A stretch of 64,000 nt of DNA from Bacilli bacterium (lineage in GTDB: Bacteria; Bacillota_I; Bacilli_A; ML615J-28; CAG-313). Made by a program: the position numbers and the translations under genes. The stretch lies in the NCBI GenBank assembly GCA_017937305.1, contig JAGBDV010000013.1:4983-68982 (forward strand), written 5' to 3'. A model generated the notes under the pieces. That model made no database searches. It saw only the letters and a list, made by a program, of their open reading frames with translations, and had not been told where the DNA came from. Shown piece by piece: positions 27,755 to 38,354 of the stretch; the first letter of the stretch is position 1, and every line of letters begins with the position of its first letter.

Positions 27755-28987
27755 TTATATATTGTATTTTTTTAATAAACTAATTACTACATTAATCATT
27801 GATGAAGCTTCATCTAAATCAAGATATTCAAATGGACCATGATAGTTTTGTCCGCCTGTACCAAGGTTTGGTGTAATTATTCCTTCAAAAGTAAGTCTTG
27901 CTCCATCTGTTCCACCTCTAATTGGTTCATATTTTGGAACATAATTATTCTCAATTAATGCTTCTTCTACTAACTTCAAAACATCAGGATATTTTAAAAC
28001 AATTTCTTTCATATTATAATAACTATCTTTAACTACTACATTACATAAATCATAACCATATTTTTCATTTAACTCATAAGCAGCTTTTTCAAACATAGCT
28101 TTTTGTTCTTTAAAAATTCCCATGTCATGATTTCTTATAATATAGAATAATTGTGCAGAAGATACCGTTCCTGAAATTTCAACTAAATGATTGAACCCTT
28201 CGTATTTTTCAGTCATTGAAGGAATCATATTTTTAGGTAATAGATCATTAAATTCAATAGCAACTAAACTTGCATTAACCATTTTATCTTTTGCAGAACC
28301 TGGATGAATTGACTTTCCTAAAATAGAGACTACACATGATGCTGCATTAAAGTTTTCATAGTTAATAACATTAGGTTCTCCGCCATCAAGTGTATAAGCT
28401 ATCTTACACCCTTTTTCCTCATAATACTTATAGTTAAATGCATCCGTACCTCTACCAATTTCTTCATCTGGAGTGAATGTCACTATAATATTTGGATGAG
28501 GAATGTTAGAATTTAATAAAAGTTCAACTACAGTCATGATTATTGCAATACCAGCTTTATCATCTGCTCCTAAAAGTGTAGTACCATCAGTAGTGATTAA
28601 CTCATGACCTATTTGATTTTTCAAATAATTAAATTCTTCTGGATTTAATGATAAATTAAGTTCTTTATTTAATAAAATTGTACTTCCATCATAGTTTTTT
28701 ACTATTTGTGGATTAACATTTTTTCCACTTGCTTCATCAGAAGTATCAATATGAGCAATAAGACCAATAGTGTTTTTTGAATCACAGTTAGATGGAATAT
28801 ACCCATATACATATCCAAATTCATCCATATGACTTTCTACAACACCAAGCATCTTAAGTTCTTCACATAGATATCTTCCTAAATCTTTTTGTTTTTCTGT
28901 TGAAGGAATTGTATTTGATTGATCATCTGATTGTGTATCAAATGAAATATATTTCAAAAATCTTTGTTTTAATTGCTCATTAACCAT
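27755..28987 (-). CDS. pepT: peptidase T (tripeptide aminopeptidase, M20B)
   Basis: RFLKYISFDTQSD...HIDT...GADDKAGIA...TPDEEIG, 410 aa. Confidence 0.9.
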   Translation of the reverse strand: MVNEQLKQRFLKYISFDTQSDDQSNTIPSTEKQKDLGRYLCEELKMLGVVESHMDEFGYVYGYIPSNCDSKNTIGLIAHIDTSDEASGKNVNPQIVKNYDGSTILLNKELNLSLNPEEFNYLKNQIGHELITTDGTTLLGADDKAGIAIIMTVVELLLNSNIPHPNIIVTFTPDEEIGRGTDAFNYKYYEEKGCKIAYTLDGGEPNVINYENFNAASCVVSILGKSIHPGSAKDKMVNASLVAIEFNDLLPKNMIPSMTEKYEGFNHLVEISGTVSSAQLFYIIRNHDMGIFKEQKAMFEKAAYELNEKYGYDLCNVVVKDSYYNMKEIVLKYPDVLKLVEEALIENNYVPKYEPIRGGTDGARLTFEGIITPNLGTGGQNYHGPFEYLDLDEASSMINVVISLLKKYNI

Positions 28988-28995
28988 ATAAACCT

Positions 28996-30303
28996 CTATC
29001 TAATTACTTTTATAATCTTACTTTGTTTTTCAACTAAAGTATCACTAAATGAATAAGCTTCATATACTTTTTCTACTGCAACATTAGTATTTTTTCCGTT
29101 AGAATGAACATACGCAAGAGTATCATTTGGATTAACTAAATCACCAATTTTCTTGTTTAATACTATTCCAACAGCAAAATCTACATCTTGTTCTTTAGTT
29201 TCACGTCCTGCTCCAAGCATCATTGCAGCTTCACCAATAGTTAAAGCTTCAACTTTTTGTATATAACAAGGCTTTTTACCTAAGTATTTAACTTCTATAA
29301 TCTCACTAGCTTTATCAAATAATGAATAATCATTAATTACTTCCTTATTTCCATGTTGTGCTTCAATCATTAATGAAAGTTTTTCTAATCCTTCACCATT
29401 GGCTATTTTTTCTAATACTTTTTCTTTAGCTTCAGTTTCTGTATTACAAATTCCACAAACTAATAAAATTTCTGTAACAAAGTAAATACATAATTCAACA
29501 AAATCTGCTGGACCATTTCCTTTTAAAGTTTCGATAGCTTCAATAACTTCTAATGAATTTCCAACTGCACAACCCAATGGTTCATTCATATCTGTTAATA
29601 CAGCTGTTGTCTTTCTATTAGCAAGATTACCAATATTTACCATTGCATTTGCTAATTCACTAGCTTGTTCTACATTTTTCATAAATGCTCCATCGCCAAC
29701 TTTAACATCAAGTACAATATTATCAGCTCCGCTAGCTAATTTTTTAGACATTATAGATGATGAAATTAGTGGAATAGATTCTACAGTACCCGTTACATCT
29801 CTTAAAGAATAAAGTAGTTTATCAGCTGGAGTAATATTTGCAGTTTGCCCAATTATCGCAAGACCAATTTTATTTACTTGATTGAAAAATTCATCAGATT
29901 CTATAGAAATGCTGCATCCAGGAATGGATTCTAATTTATCCAAAGTTCCACCAGTATGTCCTAATCCTCTACCACTCATCTTTGCCATTTTTACACCACA
30001 TGCAGCTGCAAGTGGTGCAACAACTAAACTAGTTTTATCTCCTACGCCACCAGTTGAATGTTTATCGCACTTTACGCCTTTTATTTTAGAAAGATCAATT
30101 TCTTCTCCACTTTTAAGCATTGCAAGAGTAAGATTTAATCTTTCTTCATTAGTCATACCATTAAAATATATAGCCATTAATAAAGCACTAACTTGATAAT
30201 CAGGGATTTCTCCTTTAGTATATCCATTAATTATATAGTTAATTTCTTCTTTAGATAGTTCTTCTTTATTTCTTTTCTTTAAAATTAGATCTACCATTCT
30301 CAT
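28996..30303 (-). CDS. pdp: pyrimidine-nucleoside phosphorylase
   Basis: MRMVDLILKKR...DKHSTGGVGD...SGRGLGHTGGTLDKLE. Start at the ATG at 30303, with GAGGTGA upstream. The track start at 30351 adds 16 implausible residues. Confidence 0.9.
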   Translation of the reverse strand: MRMVDLILKKRNKEELSKEEINYIINGYTKGEIPDYQVSALLMAIYFNGMTNEERLNLTLAMLKSGEEIDLSKIKGVKCDKHSTGGVGDKTSLVVAPLAAACGVKMAKMSGRGLGHTGGTLDKLESIPGCSISIESDEFFNQVNKIGLAIIGQTANITPADKLLYSLRDVTGTVESIPLISSSIMSKKLASGADNIVLDVKVGDGAFMKNVEQASELANAMVNIGNLANRKTTAVLTDMNEPLGCAVGNSLEVIEAIETLKGNGPADFVELCIYFVTEILLVCGICNTETEAKEKVLEKIANGEGLEKLSLMIEAQHGNKEVINDYSLFDKASEIIEVKYLGKKPCYIQKVEALTIGEAAMMLGAGRETKEQDVDFAVGIVLNKKIGDLVNPNDTLAYVHSNGKNTNVAVEKVYEAYSFSDTLVEKQSKIIKVIR

Positions 30304-30387
30304 ATTAATCACCTCATAATATATCAGTAAATTGTGTATATAAATGTACAAACTTTTTTTAATAATTATACACTATTTTGTGAAAAT

Positions 30388-30396
30388 ATTATACCA
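30388..30396 (-). promoter_or_regulatory. putative extended -10 (TGGTATAAT) for pdp-pepT
   Basis: The reverse complement of attatacca reads TGGTATAAT, about 85 nt upstream of the pdp ATG. Confidence 0.35.
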
Positions 30397-30441
30397 TATT
30401 TTTAAAGATAAATCTAAAAATAAATAAAAGTATTAATAATT

Positions 30442-30819
30442 CTAAACTATATCCTCAATATATTCTTCTTTTTTGTTTTTATTTGAAGACAAGAATACAA
30501 CACGTTCGCCAATTACATCAAGTGTTGATATTTTCTTTTTTAAAGTTTCGCCATCTTTTTCAAATGTAACTTCTGACGTTTTAGATTGAATTCTTCCCCT
30601 CACAGCAATACAATCTCCTTTTGCACAATAATCAGCTAAATTTCGCGCTACAACATCCCAAAATACGCATCTTATAAAATCGGTATCATACTCACCATCA
30701 TGATTTTTAAATGGTCTAGCTACAGCTAAAGTTATTGTTGTAACAGACACTTCATTATCATAAACTCTTAAGACTGGCGTTTCAACTAATCTTCCTATTA
30801 AAATTACTGAATTTAACAT
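30442..30819 (-). CDS. ssb: single-stranded DNA-binding protein, short form
   Basis: OB-fold N-terminus MLNSVILIGRLVETPVLR...FIRCVFWDVVARNLADYCAKGDCIAVRGRIQ. 125 aa, ending EEYIEDIV rather than the canonical DDDLPF tip (SsbB-like). Confidence 0.8.
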   Translation of the reverse strand: MLNSVILIGRLVETPVLRVYDNEVSVTTITLAVARPFKNHDGEYDTDFIRCVFWDVVARNLADYCAKGDCIAVRGRIQSKTSEVTFEKDGETLKKKISTLDVIGERVVFLSSNKNKKEEYIEDIV

Positions 30820-30850
30820 TTTATATCCTCCTATGTTTGTACACGCTAAA

Positions 30851-30879
30851 AGTATACATTAATATAAAATTAATTGCAA
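30851..30879 (-). promoter_or_regulatory. putative sigma-A promoter TTGCAA-17-TATACT for ssb-like gene
   Basis: On the minus strand, TTGCAA at 30879..30874 and TATACT at 30856..30851, with TG immediately upstream of the -10. Confidence 0.5.
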
Positions 30880-31062
30880 ATCTCCTAAATGAGGTAAAAC
30901 TTTTATATATTAGTTAAAAAAAGTAATTTACTTAATTATTTTAAAAGAATTTTACTAATTTAATTATATTTTATTATTTTTTTTAAAACTTGTTAAGTTA
31001 AGCACAATTTAAATTATTTTTTTGAAAGATTTGGTTATAATATTTAAAAAGAGGTATTATTC

Positions 31063-32073
31063 ATGACAGAAAAAATAAAAGTTATCATCTTATCCACATT
31101 ATTAACGTTAATTACTGCTTCTATTGGAATTACTGCTTTAATTTCAAATATTTTTAAAGGTTCCACAATTTATATAATGTTATCTAGTTTAATTATAATC
31201 ATTGTTCTAATAAGTTTTTTAGACATAGGAAACATTAAATTAAAAGATTTAATAGACAATCAAGTTATAAAATTATTATCAATTATTTTCCTTAGTTTTT
31301 CTATAATTTATTATTTAAGTATACTAGGAATTATAATTAATAATCTATTTTATGTCATAACTCCTATTAGTATTATTATTTCGGCATCTTTAATTTTAAT
31401 TATAATACTATCTATTAACAAAAAAATAATTAATCTTAATCTATTTTTTATTTTAGGTATCATTATTTCTTTTGTCTTTATTTTTTTTACCTTTTTATTT
31501 CCAAAAAGCAATTTATTGCTTGAAAATACATCAATTGATTCCTCTAATATTTATTTATATTCATATATTATAATTCTTGTAGACTTAATCTATTATAAAA
31601 TCTACTTTATGACAAAACCTAATAAAAAAGGATCTAAATTACTAATTTATTCAAGTATCATTGCCATAATTGTCTTAAGTTTTTATACATATTTAGATTT
31701 AACAATTACTAGTATTCATTATACAAATACCCCATTTAGAAACATTCTTAAATATTTATTAGTATTACCAAATAATAGTATTTATTTTGACTTACTTTAT
31801 TTAATGATTGTATTTTTGTTATTCTTATTTAAAATACTAGTTTTTGGAGATTTATTACGAATAATGTTTTTAATAAAGAAAAATATCAAGAACTATTTTT
31901 TAATTTATTTGTTTATATTTTTAGTAGGAAATACAATTATTAATCTAATAACAGATGAAACTAATTATTTATATAATTTACTAGCCATATTGACTCTTAT
32001 AGGTATTTGTTTAACTATTGTAATTGGAGGTGTAAGAATTGCTAAAAGAATTTATTTCTTCAATAAAAAATAG
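31063..32073 (+). CDS. spore germination receptor B-type subunit (GerAB-like permease)
   Basis: 336 aa with about 10 TMs, first gene of a three-gene cluster with GerA- and GerC-type genes. Assignment is mainly by context and topology. Confidence 0.55.
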   Translation: MTEKIKVIILSTLLTLITASIGITALISNIFKGSTIYIMLSSLIIIIVLISFLDIGNIKLKDLIDNQVIKLLSIIFLSFSIIYYLSILGIIINNLFYVITPISIIISASLILIIILSINKKIINLNLFFILGIIISFVFIFFTFLFPKSNLLLENTSIDSSNIYLYSYIIILVDLIYYKIYFMTKPNKKGSKLLIYSSIIAIIVLSFYTYLDLTITSIHYTNTPFRNILKYLLVLPNNSIYFDLLYLMIVFLLFLFKILVFGDLLRIMFLIKKNIKNYFLIYLFIFLVGNTIINLITDETNYLYNLLAILTLIGICLTIVIGGVRIAKRIYFFNKK

Positions 32074-33352
32074 AGTAGATGTTGTATATGATAAAATTAA
32101 TGATGTTGAATTTATTTATTTAAAAAATGGAATTTTAACAGAATTATGGATAAGAGATTACCTTCCTAAAATAATTAATAATGATTTAGATGAATTATAT
32201 TCAGGACTATTTAAAGAATTACCTATACTAACATATAGTGATTATAATAAACTTCTTGCAAATGGTGCTGTATTAGTAACAATAAAAGATAAAAGCTATG
32301 CAGCTTTCTTAAGCTTTCCACCAAAAAGAGGATTAAATGATAGTTTATGTGATCCTTCAAATTTATTTGGTTCTAGAGATGGTTTTAATGAGATAATTGC
32401 AGATAATAGAATATTAATAAGACGTAGAATTAAAACTAATAATTTAATCTTTGAAGAATTATTTTTAGGTGATAAAACCGAATGTGAAATAAACCTTGTT
32501 TATTTAAAAAAGAATGAATCTATTGCAAATTCAATAAAAAAACAATTAAAACTTCATAAAAATCATAATATTACATCTGTTTTAGATTTAAATAATATAC
32601 TCTCAAATAAAAAAATTGTTCCTAATTTTATATTTACTGGTAGTCCAGAAACATGTGCTAATTCTTTGTTAAAAGATAAAGTTGTAATATTAATTGATAA
32701 TTCTCCTATTGCAGTAATCGTTCCTGGATCTTTACTTGAACTAACCGAAAATAATAATGAGACTAATGGATTTAATTACGCAATAATTTTTAATAGAATT
32801 TTTGTATTAATTTTCTTATTTATTTCAATCTTTTTGATAGGTTTATTTGTTTTATTAACCTCTCATCATCCTGAAACATTAAGCATTTTATTTATCACTA
32901 ATTTCCAATTATCAGAAAGGGGGACAACATTTCCTTTATTTATAGAAATATTAATTGTGCTAATACTATTTGAATTTTACAGGCAGCTTGCATCTAGAAG
33001 TCCATTATCCTTCGTTCAAAATATTATTATTATTTTTGGGGGACTATTTATTGGGCAAAATGCTCTTGATGCAGGACTAATCGGTACCACCGCAATAATT
33101 GTCGCATCACTTTCTTATGTTTCTAGTTTCGCAGTAACAAATAATTCATTTTTAATAACTTCTTTTTCTATCTTTAGAGTATTTATCTTACTAATGTCTT
33201 ATATATTAGGAATGATAGGCTTTTTAATTAGTAGTTTACTTGTAATTAGTTATCTAGCAAATATTAAAATATTTAATAGGTATTATCTAGAACCAATTAT
33301 TCCGTTTAATTTTACTAAACTTAAAGCTTGGCTAATACCTAAAAAGGAGTAA
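32039..33352 (+). CDS. spore germination receptor A-type subunit (GerA family)
   Basis: Soluble N-domain plus C-terminal TMs, with ERGTTFPLFIEILIVLILFEFYRQLASRSP...FGGLFIGQNA typical of GerAA/KA. TTG start at 32039 with SD GGAGGTG 6 nt upstream. Confidence 0.8.
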   Translation: MLKEFISSIKNRVDVVYDKINDVEFIYLKNGILTELWIRDYLPKIINNDLDELYSGLFKELPILTYSDYNKLLANGAVLVTIKDKSYAAFLSFPPKRGLNDSLCDPSNLFGSRDGFNEIIADNRILIRRRIKTNNLIFEELFLGDKTECEINLVYLKKNESIANSIKKQLKLHKNHNITSVLDLNNILSNKKIVPNFIFTGSPETCANSLLKDKVVILIDNSPIAVIVPGSLLELTENNNETNGFNYAIIFNRIFVLIFLFISIFLIGLFVLLTSHHPETLSILFITNFQLSERGTTFPLFIEILIVLILFEFYRQLASRSPLSFVQNIIIIFGGLFIGQNALDAGLIGTTAIIVASLSYVSSFAVTNNSFLITSFSIFRVFILLMSYILGMIGFLISSLLVISYLANIKIFNRYYLEPIIPFNFTKLKAWLIPKKE

Positions 33353-33355
33353 TAT

Positions 33356-34345
33356 ATGAAAAAATTATTGTTTATATTATTAATTTTAATTTCACTTTTA
33401 TCTTTTCCTTATTATAATAATGATTATATCGACATTACCTATATGATTAATGTTTCCAGCATAGGAATAGATTATCAAAATGAAGAATTTACAATATATG
33501 CATATGTAATTAATAACTATACGATGAGTAAAAGTGATTTTAACACCTCTTCTTCAACTACACCAGCAACAATAATTACAGGAAAATCAAATACAATTGA
33601 AAATACTTTTTTTAAACTTTATGATTCTGTATTTGTTAATTTAAACTTTTCTCATATAGAAACGCTTATTTTAAATGAGAGTTTTATCTCTTCAAAAAAT
33701 ATTCAAGAGCTAATATTATATATTTCATCTCTTCAAGAAGTTTATCCAAAATTTAATGTCTTTATCACAAAAGAATCTTTAAATGATATTTTTAACATTG
33801 ATTACTTTAGTGATACTTCAAGTTATTATAATATTCTTACTGAATATAAAAGTGAAATTGAACATCATCATACAACTTTTATTGATTTAATAAACGATTT
33901 TAATGAAACAAACTACTTTGTTATGTATCCATCACTTTTATTAAATAGAAATATTATCAAAAATAATAAAATTAGTACTTCTTTATATATTGATGGTTTT
34001 TATTACTTTGATAAAAATGTTTTAAACAAAATTACATATAAAGACTTTCCACTATTATATCTTTTATATTCTACAAACGATATTAGTTTTAAATATCAAA
34101 ATATTAATTATTTTCTTAAAAGTCTATCCATTAAATCATTTAGACTTAAAAATAAACTTTACATATTATTTTATAGTAGAAGCAATTATCCATCTTCACT
34201 TAAAAAATTAATAAAGGAAGTAATTAATGATTTATATAAGGATAACATTGATGTTTATAATTTAAACTATTTTAATATATCAATAAATGATTTAAAAATT
34301 ATATCAGTTGAAAAAATAAACAAAAAGTCTATAGAAAACGAATAA
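33356..34345 (+). CDS. probable Ger(x)C-type germination receptor subunit, lacking lipobox cysteine
   Basis: 329 aa with an N-terminal hydrophobic signal, size and position as GerAC, SD AAGGAG. Contains no cysteine. Confidence 0.5.
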   Translation: MKKLLFILLILISLLSFPYYNNDYIDITYMINVSSIGIDYQNEEFTIYAYVINNYTMSKSDFNTSSSTTPATIITGKSNTIENTFFKLYDSVFVNLNFSHIETLILNESFISSKNIQELILYISSLQEVYPKFNVFITKESLNDIFNIDYFSDTSSYYNILTEYKSEIEHHHTTFIDLINDFNETNYFVMYPSLLLNRNIIKNNKISTSLYIDGFYYFDKNVLNKITYKDFPLLYLLYSTNDISFKYQNINYFLKSLSIKSFRLKNKLYILFYSRSNYPSSLKKLIKEVINDLYKDNIDVYNLNYFNISINDLKIISVEKINKKSIENE

Positions 34346-34360
34346 CTCGCTTTCTATAGA

Positions 34361-35650
34361 CTAATTTTCTTTTGGTAATACTACAAATGATGATAATGCA
34401 TCAGTAGAGAAATACTCATAAACCTCTTTAATATCACTTAGTTTTAAATTTTGTAATGTTTCTATTTTATCAAATAGTTCAGTACCATCAATATATTCAT
34501 CATTAAGTGAATTAGCAATGGCTTCTACTGAATTAAATTTTCTTATTTGATATGCAATATGACTTCTAATAAAATTATTAAAACGTTCTTCATCGAATTT
34601 AATATTAGGAATGTTTAATAATTCTTTTCTCATTGTATCAATAAAAACATTTGAATCAAATGCTTGTCCATCAATTGTTATATAGGCATAAGTTTTACAT
34701 AAAGAAAAATTGAATGTAAATGTATAATCAATAATGTGATCTCTTAACCATTTTTGATAATTTTTTGAAGAATAGTCAAATTGTTCTTCTAAGATAAAAT
34801 CAAATAATACTGCAATTTTCAAAATCTCTTTTGGAGTTTTACTAGATAAATCTAATTTTAGTCCTACACTTACACAACTTATATTTACATCCATCATAAA
34901 ACTATCATATTCTTTTTTTACTTTATTAGACTCTAAATGATAAATTACCTCTGGATTTAAATATGGGCCAAAATCTTTATTGTTTTGATTGTTTTTTATT
35001 AATTTTAACGTACTTTCTAAATCAAAATTCCCGGCACATACTAAAATCATATTATATGGATGGTAGAAAGTATTATAACACATTTGTAAAGTATCTTTAT
35101 TAATTAAACTAATTGATTCTTTAGTTCCACCAATATCATCAATAACTTTATTTTTTTCAAATAAATTTTTAAGTATTCCTTGATAACATACGCTTCCAGG
35201 TCTATCAAGTGAAGACATAATTTCTTGTTCGATAATTAGTTTTTCACTTTCTACTGATTCTTCTATAAAATAAGGTGTTTGTACAAAATCTAATAACAAT
35301 TCTAATGATTTTTCAAAATTCATTACGGTTTGAAAATAATAAGAAGTATTTTCATGTGATGTATAAGCATTAACATCAGCTCCTAATTCTGCAAAAAGAT
35401 TACTTGCATCAACACCTTCTGGCATTTCAAACATTTTATGCTCTAAAAAGTGCGCAACACCTGCTGGTGTAGTAATTATGTCATTTCTTCCAGAAAGTCT
35501 AAATTCTTGATGAATTGAGCCATATTTTACTGTTAACATTGCATAAGTTCTTTTAATCAATGGTTTAGGAAATAACACAACAGTTAAGCCATTTGGAAGA
35601 ATGCATTTATAATAAGACTCTTTTAATAATTCATTAGTAATCTTTTCCAT
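34361..35650 (-). CDS. M16 family zinc peptidase (active subunit, YmfH-like)
   Basis: Inverted zinc motif HFLEHKMFE present. 429 aa. Confidence 0.8.
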   Translation of the reverse strand: MEKITNELLKESYYKCILPNGLTVVLFPKPLIKRTYAMLTVKYGSIHQEFRLSGRNDIITTPAGVAHFLEHKMFEMPEGVDASNLFAELGADVNAYTSHENTSYYFQTVMNFEKSLELLLDFVQTPYFIEESVESEKLIIEQEIMSSLDRPGSVCYQGILKNLFEKNKVIDDIGGTKESISLINKDTLQMCYNTFYHPYNMILVCAGNFDLESTLKLIKNNQNNKDFGPYLNPEVIYHLESNKVKKEYDSFMMDVNISCVSVGLKLDLSSKTPKEILKIAVLFDFILEEQFDYSSKNYQKWLRDHIIDYTFTFNFSLCKTYAYITIDGQAFDSNVFIDTMRKELLNIPNIKFDEERFNNFIRSHIAYQIRKFNSVEAIANSLNDEYIDGTELFDKIETLQNLKLSDIKEVYEYFSTDALSSFVVLPKEN

Positions 35651-35651
35651 A

Positions 35652-36905
35652 TTACGCTCTTCCTTTCAAAATATAAATAGTATCTAAAACTAACATATTA
35701 GCAACTTCTTTAATATCATCTTTAGTTAGATTATTAATATTTTCAATTATTAAGTCATCAGATATTTTACCAAATCCCATTAATTCTTCTTGTAAATCAA
35801 ATAAAGGATTAAATGGAGAATCACTATTTTTTAATACATCATTAATTTTTGAAGTTTTAGTAAGTTCAAATGTTTTATCATCAATTATACCATCTTGATA
35901 TTTTTCTATTTCTTCAATGATTAATTTTTTAACTATATCAATTGAATCTTTTGAAATCCTTGCGAAAACATGAATAGCACCTTTATTCATCTGAGTAGTT
36001 GTTCCAATAGAATATGCAAGATTATATTTTTCTCTTATAACTTGAAAAAGAGTAGAGTGAAAATATTCTCCAAGCATAGCTGATAAAAATGTATAAGCAT
36101 AACGATACTTAGTATTTCTTCTAATCGTAGAACGATATCCCATAAATAAAATAGTTTGATTAATGTCTTGTTCTTCAATTACTTCATTTGCTTCGTTAAT
36201 TATTTTATTGTAGCTATCAATAAATTCTAACCTTTCATTATACTTATAACTTTTAAATCTTGATAAATCATATTTATTAAGTTCTTTAATAATAGGTTCT
36301 TTGGGAGTATCACCTGTTACAAATAAATAACATGGAGCATTAATTAAATATTCATATGCTGCTTTAATTGAATCAAGCGTTACTTTCTTAACTGAATTAA
36401 TTGTACCTGCTGAATCAACACTTTCAATTTCTCCATCATACATTGAATTATAAAACTGACGTGATGCATATTTAGTTTTATTATTATAAATATTTTGATG
36501 ATACTGGATTAAAATATCTTTTTCTAGTTGTAAACTATCTTCATTAAAATTAGGATTTAATAACGTATCAAACAAAAAGAAAATTGATTCTTCTAAAATA
36601 TTAATATCTTCAATTATATATTTAGGATTTATAAATGAAATAGATACTCTTATACTTTGCATTTTACCTGTTCTAGAAGATGTAATATTAAATGCACCAT
36701 CATAAATACTTTTTAAATGATATGCAAAAGACTCTTCTGTTGGAAAACGTTTAGAAGTCTTTTGTAACATTTGAGCTAACATTAAAGTTTCAGGAATATA
36801 CTTTTCTTCAATTGGAAAATAAAAATATAAACAAACAGCAATTGTTTTAAATCTGCTATCATAGTTATAATATAAATTTAAGTTATGTAAATTAATTATA
36901 TCCAT
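35652..36905 (-). CDS. M16 family peptidase-like protein lacking HxxEH (YmfF-like partner)
   Basis: 417 aa, same architecture and adjacency (1-nt gap) as the active M16 gene, with no HxxEH motif. Confidence 0.65.
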   Translation of the reverse strand: MDIINLHNLNLYYNYDSRFKTIAVCLYFYFPIEEKYIPETLMLAQMLQKTSKRFPTEESFAYHLKSIYDGAFNITSSRTGKMQSIRVSISFINPKYIIEDINILEESIFFLFDTLLNPNFNEDSLQLEKDILIQYHQNIYNNKTKYASRQFYNSMYDGEIESVDSAGTINSVKKVTLDSIKAAYEYLINAPCYLFVTGDTPKEPIIKELNKYDLSRFKSYKYNERLEFIDSYNKIINEANEVIEEQDINQTILFMGYRSTIRRNTKYRYAYTFLSAMLGEYFHSTLFQVIREKYNLAYSIGTTTQMNKGAIHVFARISKDSIDIVKKLIIEEIEKYQDGIIDDKTFELTKTSKINDVLKNSDSPFNPLFDLQEELMGFGKISDDLIIENINNLTKDDIKEVANMLVLDTIYILKGRA

Positions 36906-36929
36906 AATAACTCCTTTCTAGTTATAATA

Positions 36930-36960
36930 AAACCACTATATAAAATAGTGGTTTGTTTTT
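36930..36960. terminator. hairpin between deoD and M16 genes (T-run strongest on plus strand)
   Basis: aaaccactat-ataaa-atagtggttt, followed on the plus strand by gttttttt. On the minus strand the U-tract is weak (tattataac). Confidence 0.35.
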
Positions 36961-37692
36961 TTAGTATTTAATAGCTGTTTCTAGTGCTAATTTCATCATT
37001 GTAGCAAAAGCTACTTGACGTTCATGAGATGTTGTTACTTCATGAGTAATAAATGAATCTGAGATTGTTAAAATACAAGCAGCACTCTTACCTAAATGAT
37101 TAGCATTGTGGAATAATGCAAAACTTTCCATTTCAACACATAAGCAGCCTTCATCTTTGTTAAGTCTTTTCCAAAGATCTGCATCTGTACCATAGAATAC
37201 ATCAGATGAATGAATAGTACCATAGTGAACATCAATATTTTGTTCTTTAGCTGTTTCTAAAATTGTATTAGTTAATTCTTTAGTAGCTTCTAGATGATTT
37301 CTAGTTTCACCATTTTGTAAATGTGCATAGTTAGAATGAGAGAATGCATCTTTTGCGACAACTACATCATATACTTTACACTTAGCATCATATGCACCTG
37401 CAGAACCAATTCTAATGATTCTTTCAACACCATATACACTAAACAGTTCATATGAATAAATACCAATACTTGGCATTCCCATACCAGAACCCATTACTGA
37501 AACTTTATGACCTTTATATGTTCCAGTAAATCCAAGCATACCACGAACAGAGTTAAATTGTTCTACATCTTCTAAAAAGTTTTCTGCAATAAACTTTGCA
37601 CGAAGTGGATCTCCAGGCATTAAAACAGTTTTTGCAATTTTACCAACTTCAGTTACTTCAATATGAGGAGTAGCTTTAATCATCTTATTCAC
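36961..37692 (-). CDS. deoD: purine nucleoside phosphorylase, DeoD type
   Basis: TPHI...[18 protein letters not shown]...[14 protein letters not shown]...EMES. Confidence 0.9.
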   Translation of the reverse strand: MNKMIKATPHIEVTEVGKIAKTVLMPGDPLRAKFIAENFLEDVEQFNSVRGMLGFTGTYKGHKVSVMGSGMGMPSIGIYSYELFSVYGVERIIRIGSAGAYDAKCKVYDVVVAKDAFSHSNYAHLQNGETRNHLEATKELTNTILETAKEQNIDVHYGTIHSSDVFYGTDADLWKRLNKDEGCLCVEMESFALFHNANHLGKSAACILTISDSFITHEVTTSHERQVAFATMMKLALETAIKY

Positions 37693-38344
37693 CTACATTT
37701 GATGCATCTTTCATAATTTGGATACCACTTGAAGCTCCAATTCTTGTTGCACCATTTTCAACCATTAATTTTACATCATCGAAACTTCTTACGCCACCAC
37801 TAGCTTTTACACCCATTTCAGCACCGACAGTTTCTCTCATTAATTTAATATCACTAGCTGTAGCTCCACCAGTACCAAATCCAGTAGAAGTTTTAACAAA
37901 AGTTGCACCTGCAGCTTTAGCAGCTTTGCAACATTCAACTTTTTCTTCATCAGATAAATAACAAGTTTCAATGATTACTTTAGTAGTTTTCCCAGCAGAA
38001 GCTGTTACTACACATTTAATTTCATCTTCAATGTATTCAAAATCATGTTCTTTTGCTTTACCAATATTGATTACCATATCAATTTCATCAGCACCATTTT
38101 TAATAGCATCTAAAGTTTCTAAAGCTTTTATTTCTTTTGTATTAGCTCCAAGTGGAAAACCTACAACAGTACAAACTAAAACATCACTACCTTCAAGTGC
38201 TTTTTTTGCAAGTGCTACATTTACAGGATTAACACAAACGCTCTTAAAATCATATTCAACAGCTTCTTTACAAAGTTTTAATACTTCTTCTTCAGTAGCA
38301 AAAGCTTTTAAAATTGTATGATCAATTAATTTATTTACTTTCAT
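37685..38344 (-). CDS. deoC: deoxyribose-phosphate aldolase
   Basis: KLIDHTILK...[10 protein letters not shown]...FVKTSTGF (Schiff-base Lys context). Confidence 0.9.
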   Translation of the reverse strand: MKVNKLIDHTILKAFATEEEVLKLCKEAVEYDFKSVCVNPVNVALAKKALEGSDVLVCTVVGFPLGANTKEIKALETLDAIKNGADEIDMVINIGKAKEHDFEYIEDEIKCVVTASAGKTTKVIIETCYLSDEEKVECCKAAKAAGATFVKTSTGFGTGGATASDIKLMRETVGAEMGVKASGGVRSFDDVKLMVENGATRIGASSGIQIMKDASNVGE

Positions 38345-38354
38345 TTTAATTCTC

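Noticed and set aside
37971-38321. 116-aa plus-strand ORF inside deoC.
   Set aside because: It is antisense to a well-supported aldolase gene, and the Ser/Thr/Ala-rich translation is typical of a reverse frame.
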